From Candidatus Nanohaloarchaea archaeon (GTDB lineage: Archaea; Nanohalarchaeota; Nanosalinia; Nanosalinales; Nanosalinaceae): 64,000 nt of DNA. The position numbers were made by a program, and so were the translations under genes. This document shows positions 48,998 through 57,901 of the stretch, one piece after another (position 1 is the first letter of the stretch; every line of letters starts with the position of its first letter). The stretch is taken from the NCBI GenBank assembly GCA_042218075.1, contig JBDGRK010000022.1:12897-76896 (forward strand), in the 5' to 3' direction. Below the pieces are notes generated by a model, which made no database searches, was not told the origin of the DNA, and saw nothing but the letters and a program-made list of their open reading frames with translations.

Positions 48998-49372
48998 ATG
49001 GCATACCAGAAATTTGAAGCTTCGGATTCGCTCGCGGAAAAAACCTACAACGCTATTGAGGATGCTGACGATACGGGCAAGGTCGTCATCGGTACTAACG
49101 AAGTGACAAAGGCTATAGAGAGGAATGAGGCAGAACTTGTGGTTATCGCCTCCGATGTATCGCCTGAAGAGATAGTCATGCACCTTCCCGCTCTCGCCGA
49201 GGAGAAAGACATAGCATATACCTTCGTCCCGGACAAGGAAGAGCTAGGTCTGGCAGCAGGAATTAACGTACAGAGCGCTGCTGTAGCGATAACTTCGGTT
49301 GGAAACGCGGAAGACGATATCGACGATATCAAGCTAAAAACAAGGGAACTCCTGGACAAGGACGAAGAATAG
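48998..49372 (+). CDS. rpl7ae: 50S ribosomal protein L7Ae
   Basis: GTNEVTKAIER, IA.DV.PEEIV.HLP, K.ELG.AAGI.V. Confidence 0.96.
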   Translation: MAYQKFEASDSLAEKTYNAIEDADDTGKVVIGTNEVTKAIERNEAELVVIASDVSPEEIVMHLPALAEEKDIAYTFVPDKEELGLAAGINVQSAAVAITSVGNAEDDIDDIKLKTRELLDKDEE

Positions 49373-49385
49373 GTGATCGTCTAGA

Positions 49386-49562
49386 ATGGTTGCTGCCAAG
49401 GTGGTTGAAGTTATTGGAGAGCAGGGACATCGGGGAGTTAGAAAAGTTCGCTGCAGGATCCTGGAGGGAAGCGAGGAAGGAAAGATTCTTGTGAGAAACG
49501 CCAGGGGACCTATAAGAGAGGATGACGTGGTCCACATAAAGGAGACCGAGATGGAAGGGTGA
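49386..49562 (+). CDS. rps28e: 30S ribosomal protein S28e
   Basis: Manual translation MVAAKVVEVIG...VRCRILEG...RNARGPIREDD...ETE; follows rpl7ae. Confidence 0.9.
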   Translation: MVAAKVVEVIGEQGHRGVRKVRCRILEGSEEGKILVRNARGPIREDDVVHIKETEMEG

Positions 49563-49568
49563 TCGAGA

Positions 49569-49718
49569 ATGGAGTGTGAATACTGCGGAGAAGAACTCGA
49601 TAAGACGAAGGGAAAGATGGTTGTTCTCTCTTCAGGAGAAAAACTACATTTCTGCTCCGGGAAATGCGAGAAGAACTGGAGGAAGAACAGGAGCCACGAC
49701 TACCAGAATAAGGAGTGA
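49569..49718 (+). CDS. rpl24e: 50S ribosomal protein L24e
   Basis: Manual translation MECEYCG...GKM.V...G...FCSGKCEKN. Confidence 0.92.
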   Translation: MECEYCGEELDKTKGKMVVLSSGEKLHFCSGKCEKNWRKNRSHDYQNKE

Positions 49719-49782
49719 TGCCTGAATTTCATCCTTCTATATTTAACTTTCATCTACCTATATCCAGTAAAGGTGAGAAGAA

Positions 49783-51537
49783 ATGCCCCGCCAGCCGATT
49801 CTGTCAGTCCTGGGTCATGTGGATACCGGAAAAACGACGTTATTAGACTCTATCAGGGAATCAAGGATAACCGAGGGCGAGGAAGGCGGTATCACGCAGA
49901 TGATAGGTGCGACAGAGGTTCCTCTCGAGACCGTGGAGGAAGTATGCGGAGATCTACTCGAGCAACTTGACACCAAAATCTCCATACCTGGCCTCCTTTT
50001 CATAGACACTCCTGGTCACGCAGCTTTCTCCTCTCTCAGGAAGAGAGGAGGCTCGATATCAGATATCGCAGTGCTTGTAATTGGTATTACAGAGGGAATA
50101 CAGCCACAGACACAGGAAGCACTGAACATTCTGCAGGAATCTGATACACCGTTCGTCATCGCATTAAACAAGATCGACACTCTGCACGGCTGGAGCTCCA
50201 ATCACCAGCTATTCTCTAGGAACATAAGAGAGCAGAACGAAAGGAACAGGAACGCACTGGACGATAGCATCTACGAGCTTATGAGCGATCTTCACGAAGA
50301 AGTGGGGGTAACCGCTGACCGTTTCGACAGGATCGACGATTTCAGGAAGAAGGTGGCCATTATTCCGACCTCCGCAAAGACTGGTGAAGGCATACCTGAA
50401 CTGCTGATGGTCGTGACAGGTCTCGCACAGAACTACCTTGAGGAGAACCTGGAGATCCACGAGGGTATGGGAAGAGGAACTATCCTGGAAACCTCCGAGG
50501 AGAAAGGACTAGGAACCACTATTGATGTAATTCACTACGACGGGACGATTGAAAAGGAAGATACCCTTGTTTTCGGAACGGCCCAGGGAGTAAAAACTAC
50601 AGAGATTAGGGCTTTGATGGAGCCCAGACCCCTGGAGGAAATAAGACTTGATGAAAAATACGAGAGAGTGGAGAAACTGGAGCCGGCATCCGGTGTGAAG
50701 ATAGCGGCCAATGATCTGGAGGGAGCTATTGCAGGAGCACCTGTCAGGACTGTTTCAGGCCAGGATTCGGATGAAGCCGAGAGAGAGGTAAAGGAAGAGC
50801 TGCACTCTGTAGAATTCGAGACTCAAAATGAAGGAGTGGCAGTAAAGGCCAATTCACTCGGATCTCTTGAAGCGGTGATGAGAGAGCTTGAAGAAATCAG
50901 CGCCAAGAAGGCTGAAGTCGGCAAGATTACAAAATCAGATATAATAGAGGTAGAACAGGAGAAACCTGAATACAGGGCGATACTGGCCTTCAATACTAAA
51001 GTGACGGATCAGGCGAGAGAAATTGCAAGGAAGAAAGAAGTGAAGATCTTCCAGAGCAAGGTTATCTACGAGATTGTGGAGAGCTACGAGGACTGGAAAA
51101 AAGATCTGGAGCAGCAAAAAAGAAAGAAAGCTCTCGCGAGCGTTTCCCGTCCGGCCAAATTCAGGGTCATGCACGACCACGTGTTCAATTCTTCGAAACC
51201 TGCGGTTGTCGGAGTGAAAATTTTGGAAGGCGTGCTTACCGCGGGAAGCTCTGTAATGACAATAGGTGGCGACTCAGTGGGGAAGATAAAGAGCGTGCAG
51301 GCGGATAACGAGACACTGGAAAAGGCGGAAAAAGGAGAAGAAGTGGCGGCTTCTATCTCAAAGGCTACAGTAGGAAGAGACTTTGAAGAAGGCGATGAAT
51401 TGATTGTTAACCTCTCCGGGAGAGAGTACCGCCAGTTGCAGGAGCTTGAAGACTTATTGCACGAGGATGAGAAAAACGTTATGAGAGAAATAGTAGAGAT
51501 AAAAGACAACCAGGATCCGCACTGGAAGATAGGTTGA
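49783..51537 (+). CDS. infB: Translation initiation factor aIF5B (IF-2)
   Basis: RQPI..VLGHVDTGKT, GGITQ.IGA, IDTPGH, NKID, LGSLEA. Confidence 0.96.
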   Translation: MPRQPILSVLGHVDTGKTTLLDSIRESRITEGEEGGITQMIGATEVPLETVEEVCGDLLEQLDTKISIPGLLFIDTPGHAAFSSLRKRGGSISDIAVLVIGITEGIQPQTQEALNILQESDTPFVIALNKIDTLHGWSSNHQLFSRNIREQNERNRNALDDSIYELMSDLHEEVGVTADRFDRIDDFRKKVAIIPTSAKTGEGIPELLMVVTGLAQNYLEENLEIHEGMGRGTILETSEEKGLGTTIDVIHYDGTIEKEDTLVFGTAQGVKTTEIRALMEPRPLEEIRLDEKYERVEKLEPASGVKIAANDLEGAIAGAPVRTVSGQDSDEAEREVKEELHSVEFETQNEGVAVKANSLGSLEAVMRELEEISAKKAEVGKITKSDIIEVEQEKPEYRAILAFNTKVTDQAREIARKKEVKIFQSKVIYEIVESYEDWKKDLEQQKRKKALASVSRPAKFRVMHDHVFNSSKPAVVGVKILEGVLTAGSSVMTIGGDSVGKIKSVQADNETLEKAEKGEEVAASISKATVGRDFEEGDELIVNLSGREYRQLQELEDLLHEDEKNVMREIVEIKDNQDPHWKIG

Positions 51538-51543
51538 TAAGAT

Positions 51544-51906
51544 ATGCCTGATTATCTCTCCAAAGTTTACCAGCTCCAGAAACTGGATGGGCTCATGGGA
51601 GATTCTGAGGCGGATACAATTAAATTCCAGTCAAGAGTCACAAGCGATTTATCGTCTAATTACGGAAGAGTAAACCTAGATAGAGAAATTATAGGAGATT
51701 CGTATTCACCGGACGAGGGGTCGACCATCATGAATGGAAGAGTTGGAAATGTCAGAGTTCTAATGGAGGCAAACCATGAAAAGGAAGAAGTATATCTTAT
51801 TACTGAAGAGGATGAGAGCGATGAAAGTGATCTTGGAGAACTGGATAAAATTTTCTCAGAGTTCATTGAAAAGTGGAATTCTACCTATATAGCTAGTAGA
51901 TATTGA
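51544..51906 (+). CDS. Acidic hypothetical protein
   Basis: AT-richer ORF ending at the third tRNA-Ala 3' repeat. Confidence 0.55.
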   Translation: MPDYLSKVYQLQKLDGLMGDSEADTIKFQSRVTSDLSSNYGRVNLDREIIGDSYSPDEGSTIMNGRVGNVRVLMEANHEKEEVYLITEEDESDESDLGELDKIFSEFIEKWNSTYIASRY

Positions 51907-52106
51907 ACCGGCTGGGATGTGAGAACACCGAACTTCAGAAAGTTCGATCATCAGAATGCATGGGTCCGGGAGACCCATGCCTTGCGTACCAACTCAGCGT
52001 AACGAGTTGGACCGGCTGGGATTTGAACCCCTCGAAAATCAAAGATTTTCTGCGAGGCTATCAAATCCTGTGAAGGGAATGGTTGGACCGGCTGGGATTT
52101 GAACCC
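51904..52106 (-). repeat. Three direct copies of the tRNA-Ala 3' end (51904-51922 degenerate, 52008-52030, 52084-52106)
   Basis: Plus strand TGGACCGGCTGGGATTTGAACCC twice and TGAACCGGCTGGGATGTGA once. Confidence 0.85.
51958..52010 (-). repeat. tRNA-associated structured element, copy 2 (trailer of duplicated tRNA-Ala 3' end)
   Basis: Minus strand ACTCGTTACGCTGAGTTGGTACGCAAGGCATG-hairpin-CATGC. Confidence 0.75.
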
Positions 52107-52402
52107 AGGGCCTTCTCCTACCTATGACGAAACGCTCCGACCTCTGTCGAAAACTCCAGAGGAGTTTTCTCGACTCGCAGAAACCCTTTCGGGTTTCGAG
52201 TGGGTCACCTGCGGTCCATTCCAGCAAAGCTGGAATCCACAGGTTATCCAAAAGCGATGAGCCCTAGGCTCATGGCTTATTGCGTGCCACTCCAAAATCG
52301 CTTCCAGCGATTTTGTGCGTTCACAGAAACTCCTAACGGAGTTTCGCGAAGAGCGTAACCAGTCGTGCGAGGGAGACGTTCTGCCAGCTGAACTACCGGC
52401 CC
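52084..52402 (-). tRNA. tRNA-Ala(CGC) with 246-nt intron at 37/38 (52120-52365)
   Basis: Acceptor GGGCCGG/CCGGTCC with G3:U70, D arm GTTC/GAAC, anticodon stem TCTCC/GGAGA, T loop TTCAAAT; intron ends pair (GAC/GTC, ACGCTC/GAGCGT); relaxed BHB. Confidence 0.85.
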
Positions 52403-52485
52403 ATGAAAATTTGTCTGCAAGTTAACTTGAAAAGCGGATTGATTCAACCCACACTTTATAAAGTAATACGACATATTACGATCTC

Positions 52486-52926
52486 ATGTCGCAGAGTTTT
52501 TCGCAGTCTTCAACGGTAGGACAATCAATGATGAATGAAAGCAGTCCAGAGTCTCTTTACAGACTGATAGAGGAAGCCGATCTAGAAGATCACAGTGCTT
52601 TGGATTACACAGAACTGGATGGAGAAGGATACTTCAAGCCGATTGATGTCTGCAGGTATCTCGCGGAAAAAGTGGATAGCGAGGAATTATGCCCTGAAAG
52701 GCTCGAAAGACATGTTGACAGAGGCTTTAGAGAAATTGTGGATGTTTTCCGGCGAACAGAACTTTACGGGGAAGGCACAGGTCCGGGAATGAACAGGAGA
52801 GAGGCTGTAAAAAAATTAGAGGATAGATACCTCATGGATTTACTTGACGAGAAACTTGAGGTGGTTATAGAAGAAGTAAAACACCAGGATTTCGGGTGCA
52901 GAAAAGCCGGATTGTTCCAAAAGTGA
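52486..52926 (+). CDS. Hypothetical protein
   Basis: 146-aa acidic ORF divergent from tRNA-Ala. Confidence 0.6.
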   Translation: MSQSFSQSSTVGQSMMNESSPESLYRLIEEADLEDHSALDYTELDGEGYFKPIDVCRYLAEKVDSEELCPERLERHVDRGFREIVDVFRRTELYGEGTGPGMNRREAVKKLEDRYLMDLLDEKLEVVIEEVKHQDFGCRKAGLFQK

Positions 52927-52964
52927 TAGCAAAAAGTTAAACTCTTCTGGCTTCACTTCTACAC

Positions 52965-54140
52965 ATGGCATACGGAAAACTCGCGAAGGGAATGAGTTCA
53001 GAGCAAGCTAGGAAAAAACTTGAGGAAGTCATGCCATCAATGGATAGAGCCAGGGACTTCAAGGGATCTGCACCCTCTGTTTTCATAGGTTCACATAATT
53101 ATCCCAAGGTAAATACCGGAGTACTTTCTCCACAGCATCCGGGCAACTCGAAAATGCTTGATTCCCCCAGGGATTGGTACAATAACGGTTACTCCGTGGA
53201 AAAAGTGGCTTCTCTGAGGACCTCACTCGTGAACTCCAGAAAACAGTTCAGGGTTGAAAACTCAGACAGTTTCCTGATGAACACCAGAGAAATAGCAATG
53301 TCCAAATCTCCTGTGGATGTAGAAGTGTCGCTGGAGAAGAAGCCAGGGTCGGCCATCTCCGCGGGAAGGGTAAAACCTGTATCCGCCTCCTCGGACGTGG
53401 AGAACTTTTTGCTAACAGAGAATCCCAGCGTAGATAAGAAGGTTGAGAAAATGTTCTACGATACAGATGTAAAGGCGGAGAACGCTATAGAAGAACTTTA
53501 CTCGAAAGGGATTGACAACTACAGGATCCAGAAATCGCTTTCCACGGGCATACTGGGAAAGGAGGAAAATCGCAAGCTTGTACCCACCAGATGGAGCATT
53601 ACAGCCTCAGATGACATGATTTCAAAGAGGCTGAGAGAAAAAATCAAGGATTACCAGGAGATAGGACAGGTAGAGTACTACACCAATAGCTACGTAGGAA
53701 ACGATTTCCACATCTTCCTGATTCCAGGCAGGTATGAGTATGAACTGCTGGAACTGAAGAGACCAGGATCTGTCTGGAACGCCGCCTCCAACACCTATAT
53801 CGCGCAGAACCACGAGTCATACTCGGGAAGGAATGAATATGCAGATGAAACCTCTGGAGCATTCTATGCGGCCAGGCTTGGAGTTGGAGAATACTTGAAC
53901 GATAGAAACAGGCAGGCAAAAGCTCTGATATTGAGAGAGGTGAAGCCCGAATACTGGGCTCCTCTCGGAGTCTGGATTATTCGAGAGACAGTGAGAAACG
54001 CATTCGAAGATGGAAGAGAACTGGAAGACTTTGAACAGGTAAAGTGGAAGATAAGCTCGGAGTTCAAATTCCTCTACGACAGGATAAAGAAAGAGAGTCA
54101 GATGCTGGAATCTAGGCAGTTCTCCCTGAGGGATTTCTAG
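52965..54140 (+). CDS. nreA: DNA repair protein NreA (PCNA-interacting)
   Basis: PSVFIG..NYPKV, RKLVPTRWSITA.DD, FYAARL, YWAPLGVW.IRE.VR, C-terminal PIP box QFSLRDF. Confidence 0.92.
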   Translation: MAYGKLAKGMSSEQARKKLEEVMPSMDRARDFKGSAPSVFIGSHNYPKVNTGVLSPQHPGNSKMLDSPRDWYNNGYSVEKVASLRTSLVNSRKQFRVENSDSFLMNTREIAMSKSPVDVEVSLEKKPGSAISAGRVKPVSASSDVENFLLTENPSVDKKVEKMFYDTDVKAENAIEELYSKGIDNYRIQKSLSTGILGKEENRKLVPTRWSITASDDMISKRLREKIKDYQEIGQVEYYTNSYVGNDFHIFLIPGRYEYELLELKRPGSVWNAASNTYIAQNHESYSGRNEYADETSGAFYAARLGVGEYLNDRNRQAKALILREVKPEYWAPLGVWIIRETVRNAFEDGRELEDFEQVKWKISSEFKFLYDRIKKESQMLESRQFSLRDF

Positions 54141-54242
54141 AATAATACAAATGCATTACATTATCGGGATATCTCGATTTCTATAATACAGATTACCCCT
54201 ATTTTTATAAAAGTAGCAGTAGAATCGTAGTACAGAGATGGA

Positions 54243-54407
54243 ATGGCGACGGTTTCTGTAAGACTGTCGGATTCGCTGAATGATGAAGTAGAGCTAATGG
54301 TGGAAGAAGGAATATTCAAGGACAAGACAGATGCGTTCCACGAAGCCGTACGCCTGTTACTGAAAGAATACCAGGACATGGAGTTCGATCACGAGTTTCC
54401 CAAATAA
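54243..54407 (+). CDS. Ribbon-helix-helix (CopG/Arc/MetJ) protein
   Basis: Manual translation MATVSVRLSDSLNDEVELMVEEGIFKDKTDAFHEAVRLLL... Confidence 0.75.
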   Translation: MATVSVRLSDSLNDEVELMVEEGIFKDKTDAFHEAVRLLLKEYQDMEFDHEFPK

Positions 54408-54420
54408 TCACCTCACTTCA

Positions 54421-54458
54421 TACTTCCCTCCCCTCCCTTTCCCTTTTTCTTCTTTCCA
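54421..54458 (+). terminator. Polypyrimidine tract, possible archaeal terminator
   Basis: CTTCCCTCCCCTCCCTTTCCCTTTTTCTTCTTTCC downstream of the RHH gene. Confidence 0.35.
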
Positions 54459-54493
54459 CTCACTATTTATGACTTCGATCTACTTTTCAAGTC

Positions 54494-57400
54494 ATGAAGC
54501 TTTTCCCTTTTCCCGAGGTCAGAGACAAGCAGGACGAGTTGATGGAAGCCTCCTGGAAGGCGATAAAAGAGGAAAATAGCCTCGTTGCGCACGCGCCTAC
54601 AGGACTGGGAAAATGCGTTTCAGGAGATTCTCAAGTCTTAACAGGCCAGGGTATAGGCCGTATAGAGCAGCTTGAATCAGCAGAATCTATTAAATGCAAT
54701 TCTTTCGACAATATTTTATCTTCGGATATATCCAGAGCCCGTCTTATTAAGAAGAAGAGGGAAGAGCTTCGAGAGATCACGACTTACACAGGAAGAGAGG
54801 TTAAAGTGACTAAGGATCACAAGATTCTGAGATTGAAAAAAGGTGAGGTAGAATGGGTGGAGACAAGAAAGGTGGATGAAGGAGATTATATAGCCAGTCC
54901 CCGGTCTATAGATCTCCCGGAAGTTGAGTTCTCTCTTACTTTGGATGATATAAATGAAAACAATGTGAGAGTTTCTGTTTCGCCAGATTTGGAGAAGGTT
55001 CTGAGAGAACTGAAAAATGAGCTGGAAATGGATGATAGTGAGCTTTCAGAATATCTGGACATACCAGGGAAGAACTTTACTTCAATGAGGAAATCCCGTC
55101 CAGTCAAGGCATGCCATATAGAAGATGTTATCCATGAATCCGTCCATGACTAAGAGGATTTCACTTTAAAGAAAGTTTCCCAGTCTAACAGGAACACAAT
55201 TCAGATACCCGAGATTGATGAAGAGTTCTGCTACTTCCTTGGAATAATGCTGGGTGACGGAGGAATATTTGGGAAAAGAGAAACCATAGCTATGACTACG
55301 GCGGATGAAAGCATAGAAAACTTCTTCAAAAGAACAATGGAGTCCTTTGATTCTTCAGTAAGAGAAGTCAATGGAGATGAATATACTTACAAGTCAAGTA
55401 ATAGGTCTTTAGCCTGGCTATTAAGCGAGCTGGGTCTCCCGACTCAGAGAAAGGAGGATCTTGAAATACCTGACTGCGTTCTGACTTCCAGAGAAAACCT
55501 TGCGGCCTTTATATCAGGTCTTTTGGATACAGATGGTTCCGTTGACAATCAAGGCAAAGTCGAGTTATCAACTAAAAGTAAGAAACTTGCTGATCAACTC
55601 CTAGTAGTATTTCCTGTTTTCGGCATAAGACCAACGAGGAATGAAAAAGAAGTTGAAGGAAAGACGTATCAGAGAATCTTCATATCCAATCAGGAGTATT
55701 TAGAAAAACTGAAAGAACGAATTGGTTTCCGCCTAGAAAGGAAGCAGGAAAGACTTGAGTCCGCATTAGGAAAAGAGCATAACCCGAACAAGGATATAAT
55801 TCCGGAGATGGAAAATCTCATAAAAAAGGCTAGAGAGAAGTCAGGGGTTGAATACAGCAGAAAGACTGTTAGAAGGCGTCTAGAAAGTTACGAGACAGGT
55901 GCAAGGAGACCCTCTAGAGAAGGATTAAGGGAAGTAATAGAAAAACTTGATTTTGAGAAAAATCCTCAAACTCAGAAGCTGGAAAAATTAATTCACTCAG
56001 ATATTTTCTGGGATAAGATTGAATCAATAGAAGAGAGTGGTAAAGAGACGGTGTATGATCTAAACGTGCCTGAAAACCATAATTTCTCAGCTAATAACCT
56101 AGTTTTACATAATACCGCGGCGACACTGACTCCCGCGATTGAGTACGCGCTGGAGAACAACAAGAAAGTCTTCTTCCTTACTCCCCGCCACAGTCAACAC
56201 CAGATAGCTGTTGAGACAGTAAAGAAGATGCAGGATAGGCATGATGTGGAGCTGACTGTGATCGACCTGCTGGGAAAGAAGTGGCTCTGCAACGTGGAGG
56301 GAGTGGAGGAGATGACCTCCTCTGACTTCAAGGACTACTGCCAGACTCTTAGAGACGAGGAACGATGTGACTTCTACACAGCTATGTACGACATGGACGA
56401 GCACAAGCTGAAAGATGAGGCGAAGGACAAGCTCAATGAGATGGAGGGAGAGCCTATGCATTCCCAGGAGTTCAAGCAGTCAACCCCTAACTTCTGTCCT
56501 TACTACATGATGATGGAGCTGGCGAGGAGATCAGACCTTATCATCGCGGATTACTTCCACATCTTTCACCCGGGAGTGAGAGAATCAATCTTCGAGAGGG
56601 CAGGAACACAGCTCGAGGACACCATCCTGATAGTTGACGAGGCACACAACCTTCCTTCCAGGACAAGATCACTGTTCTCAACTTCTCTATCAATTCCTCA
56701 GATCGATAGAGCGATTACAGAGGCTGAAAAGTTCGGTTTCTACGAGACAGAGGAAAAGCTTGAGCAGCTGGAGAACATCCTGAAGCAGATAGCCGCGGAG
56801 AAGTTCGAGTCTGGAAGCCACGAGGAGAAGATCCAGAAGAAAGACCTTAAGGAACCGGTATCGAACATCAGGGATTATGGGGAGTTCGTCGTCGACCTTG
56901 AAACGATTGCCTCAGAGGTAAGAGACGAGAAAGAGCGTTCCTACTGTGGAGGTATAGCAGAATTCCTGAGTGACTGGGACGGAGATGATGAAGGCTACTT
57001 CCGGTGTATCAAGAGGGAGAGAAGCGCATCAGGGAACAGGTACATCAAGCTAAAATACTCCTGTCTGGATCCACAGGTTTCAACCAAGAAAGCGCTGAAC
57101 GAGTGCCATTCAAGCATATTAATGTCAGGAACCCTGACGCCGCAGTCGATGTACGTGGATTTACTGGGTCTTGAAACATCAACGATGACATCAGCCTTCA
57201 AATCTCCCTTTCCCGAGGAAAACGAGCTGAACCTGCTTGTGGAAACGGTAACGACCAAGTACTCGGAGCGAGATGAATCGATGTACCAGAAATACGCATG
57301 GTACCTTGCAAAATCTTTTGAAAAAGTGCCCGGGAACTGTGCCGTTTTCTTCCCCAGCTACTCTCTAATGAAGACGATCAAGCAGGAGATAGAATCTCAT

Positions 57401-57856
57401 ACGGACAGGAAAATTTTCCTCGAGCGACAGGGAATGAACAAGGAGGAGAAGCAGGAACTGCTGGAGGACTTCGCTTCCAGGAAAAACGAAAACGATGCGG
57501 TACTCTTCGGTGTGGCTGCGGGGAGTTTCGGGGAGGGAGTCGATTACCCCGGAGAGATTATCAAGGCTGTATTTATTGTGGGACTGCCTCTCAAGAGGCC
57601 AGACCTGGAGACAAAGTCGCTGATCAACTTCTACGACTACAAGTTCGGGAAGGGCTGGGACTATGGATACTCGTATCCGGCTGTAAACAGAGCTATGCAG
57701 GCGGCGGGAAGGTGCATCAGATCGAAGGATGATGAGGGAGTGATAGTCTATATGGACGAGCGGTACGACTGGAGCAACTACCGGAAAGTTTTTCCACCTG
57801 GAAGAAAGCTGGAGAAAACAAAAGCTCCTTGGAAAGAGATAGAGCAGTTTTTCTGA
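54494..57856 (+). CDS. xpd: XPD/Rad3 Fe-S DNA helicase containing an intein; frame interrupted by TAA at 55151-55153 inside the intein
   Basis: FPF...R..Q, APTGLGK|T after splicing, four Fe-S Cys (WLC, DYC, RCDFY, FCPYY), DEAH, MSGTL, EGVD, QAAGRCIR. Confidence 0.85.
54614..56113 (+). mobile_element. Intein with LAGLIDADG endonuclease and HTH insertions in the XPD Walker A motif
   Basis: Block A CVSGDS, block B T.DH, FLGIMLGDG and FISGLLDTDG, VYDLNV..NHNF.AN..VLHN followed by Thr. Confidence 0.93.
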
Positions 57857-57901
57857 AGCATAAACCAGAAGTTTTTCATTCATAATCACCTATTAGTAGT
57901 T

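Noticed and set aside
51925-51956. C/D sRNA from TGATGA..CTGA in the spacer (minus strand)
   Set aside because: Only 9 nt between the boxes, locked in a hairpin (CGAACTT/AAGTTCG); no second box pair
51904-52106. CRISPR array
   Set aside because: The repeats are tRNA 3' ends, the spacers are long, unequal and self-structured, and no cas genes are present
52120-52365. Group I intron in tRNA-Ala
   Set aside because: Boundaries that restore the Ala anticodon loop give neither a 5' exon ending in U nor an intron ending in G; no catalytic core recognised
2888-55153. Genome-wide TAA recoding suggested by two in-frame TAA interruptions
   Set aside because: TAA ends many clear genes here (ppa, PCNA, rpl44e, nop10); two cases fit mutation or error better
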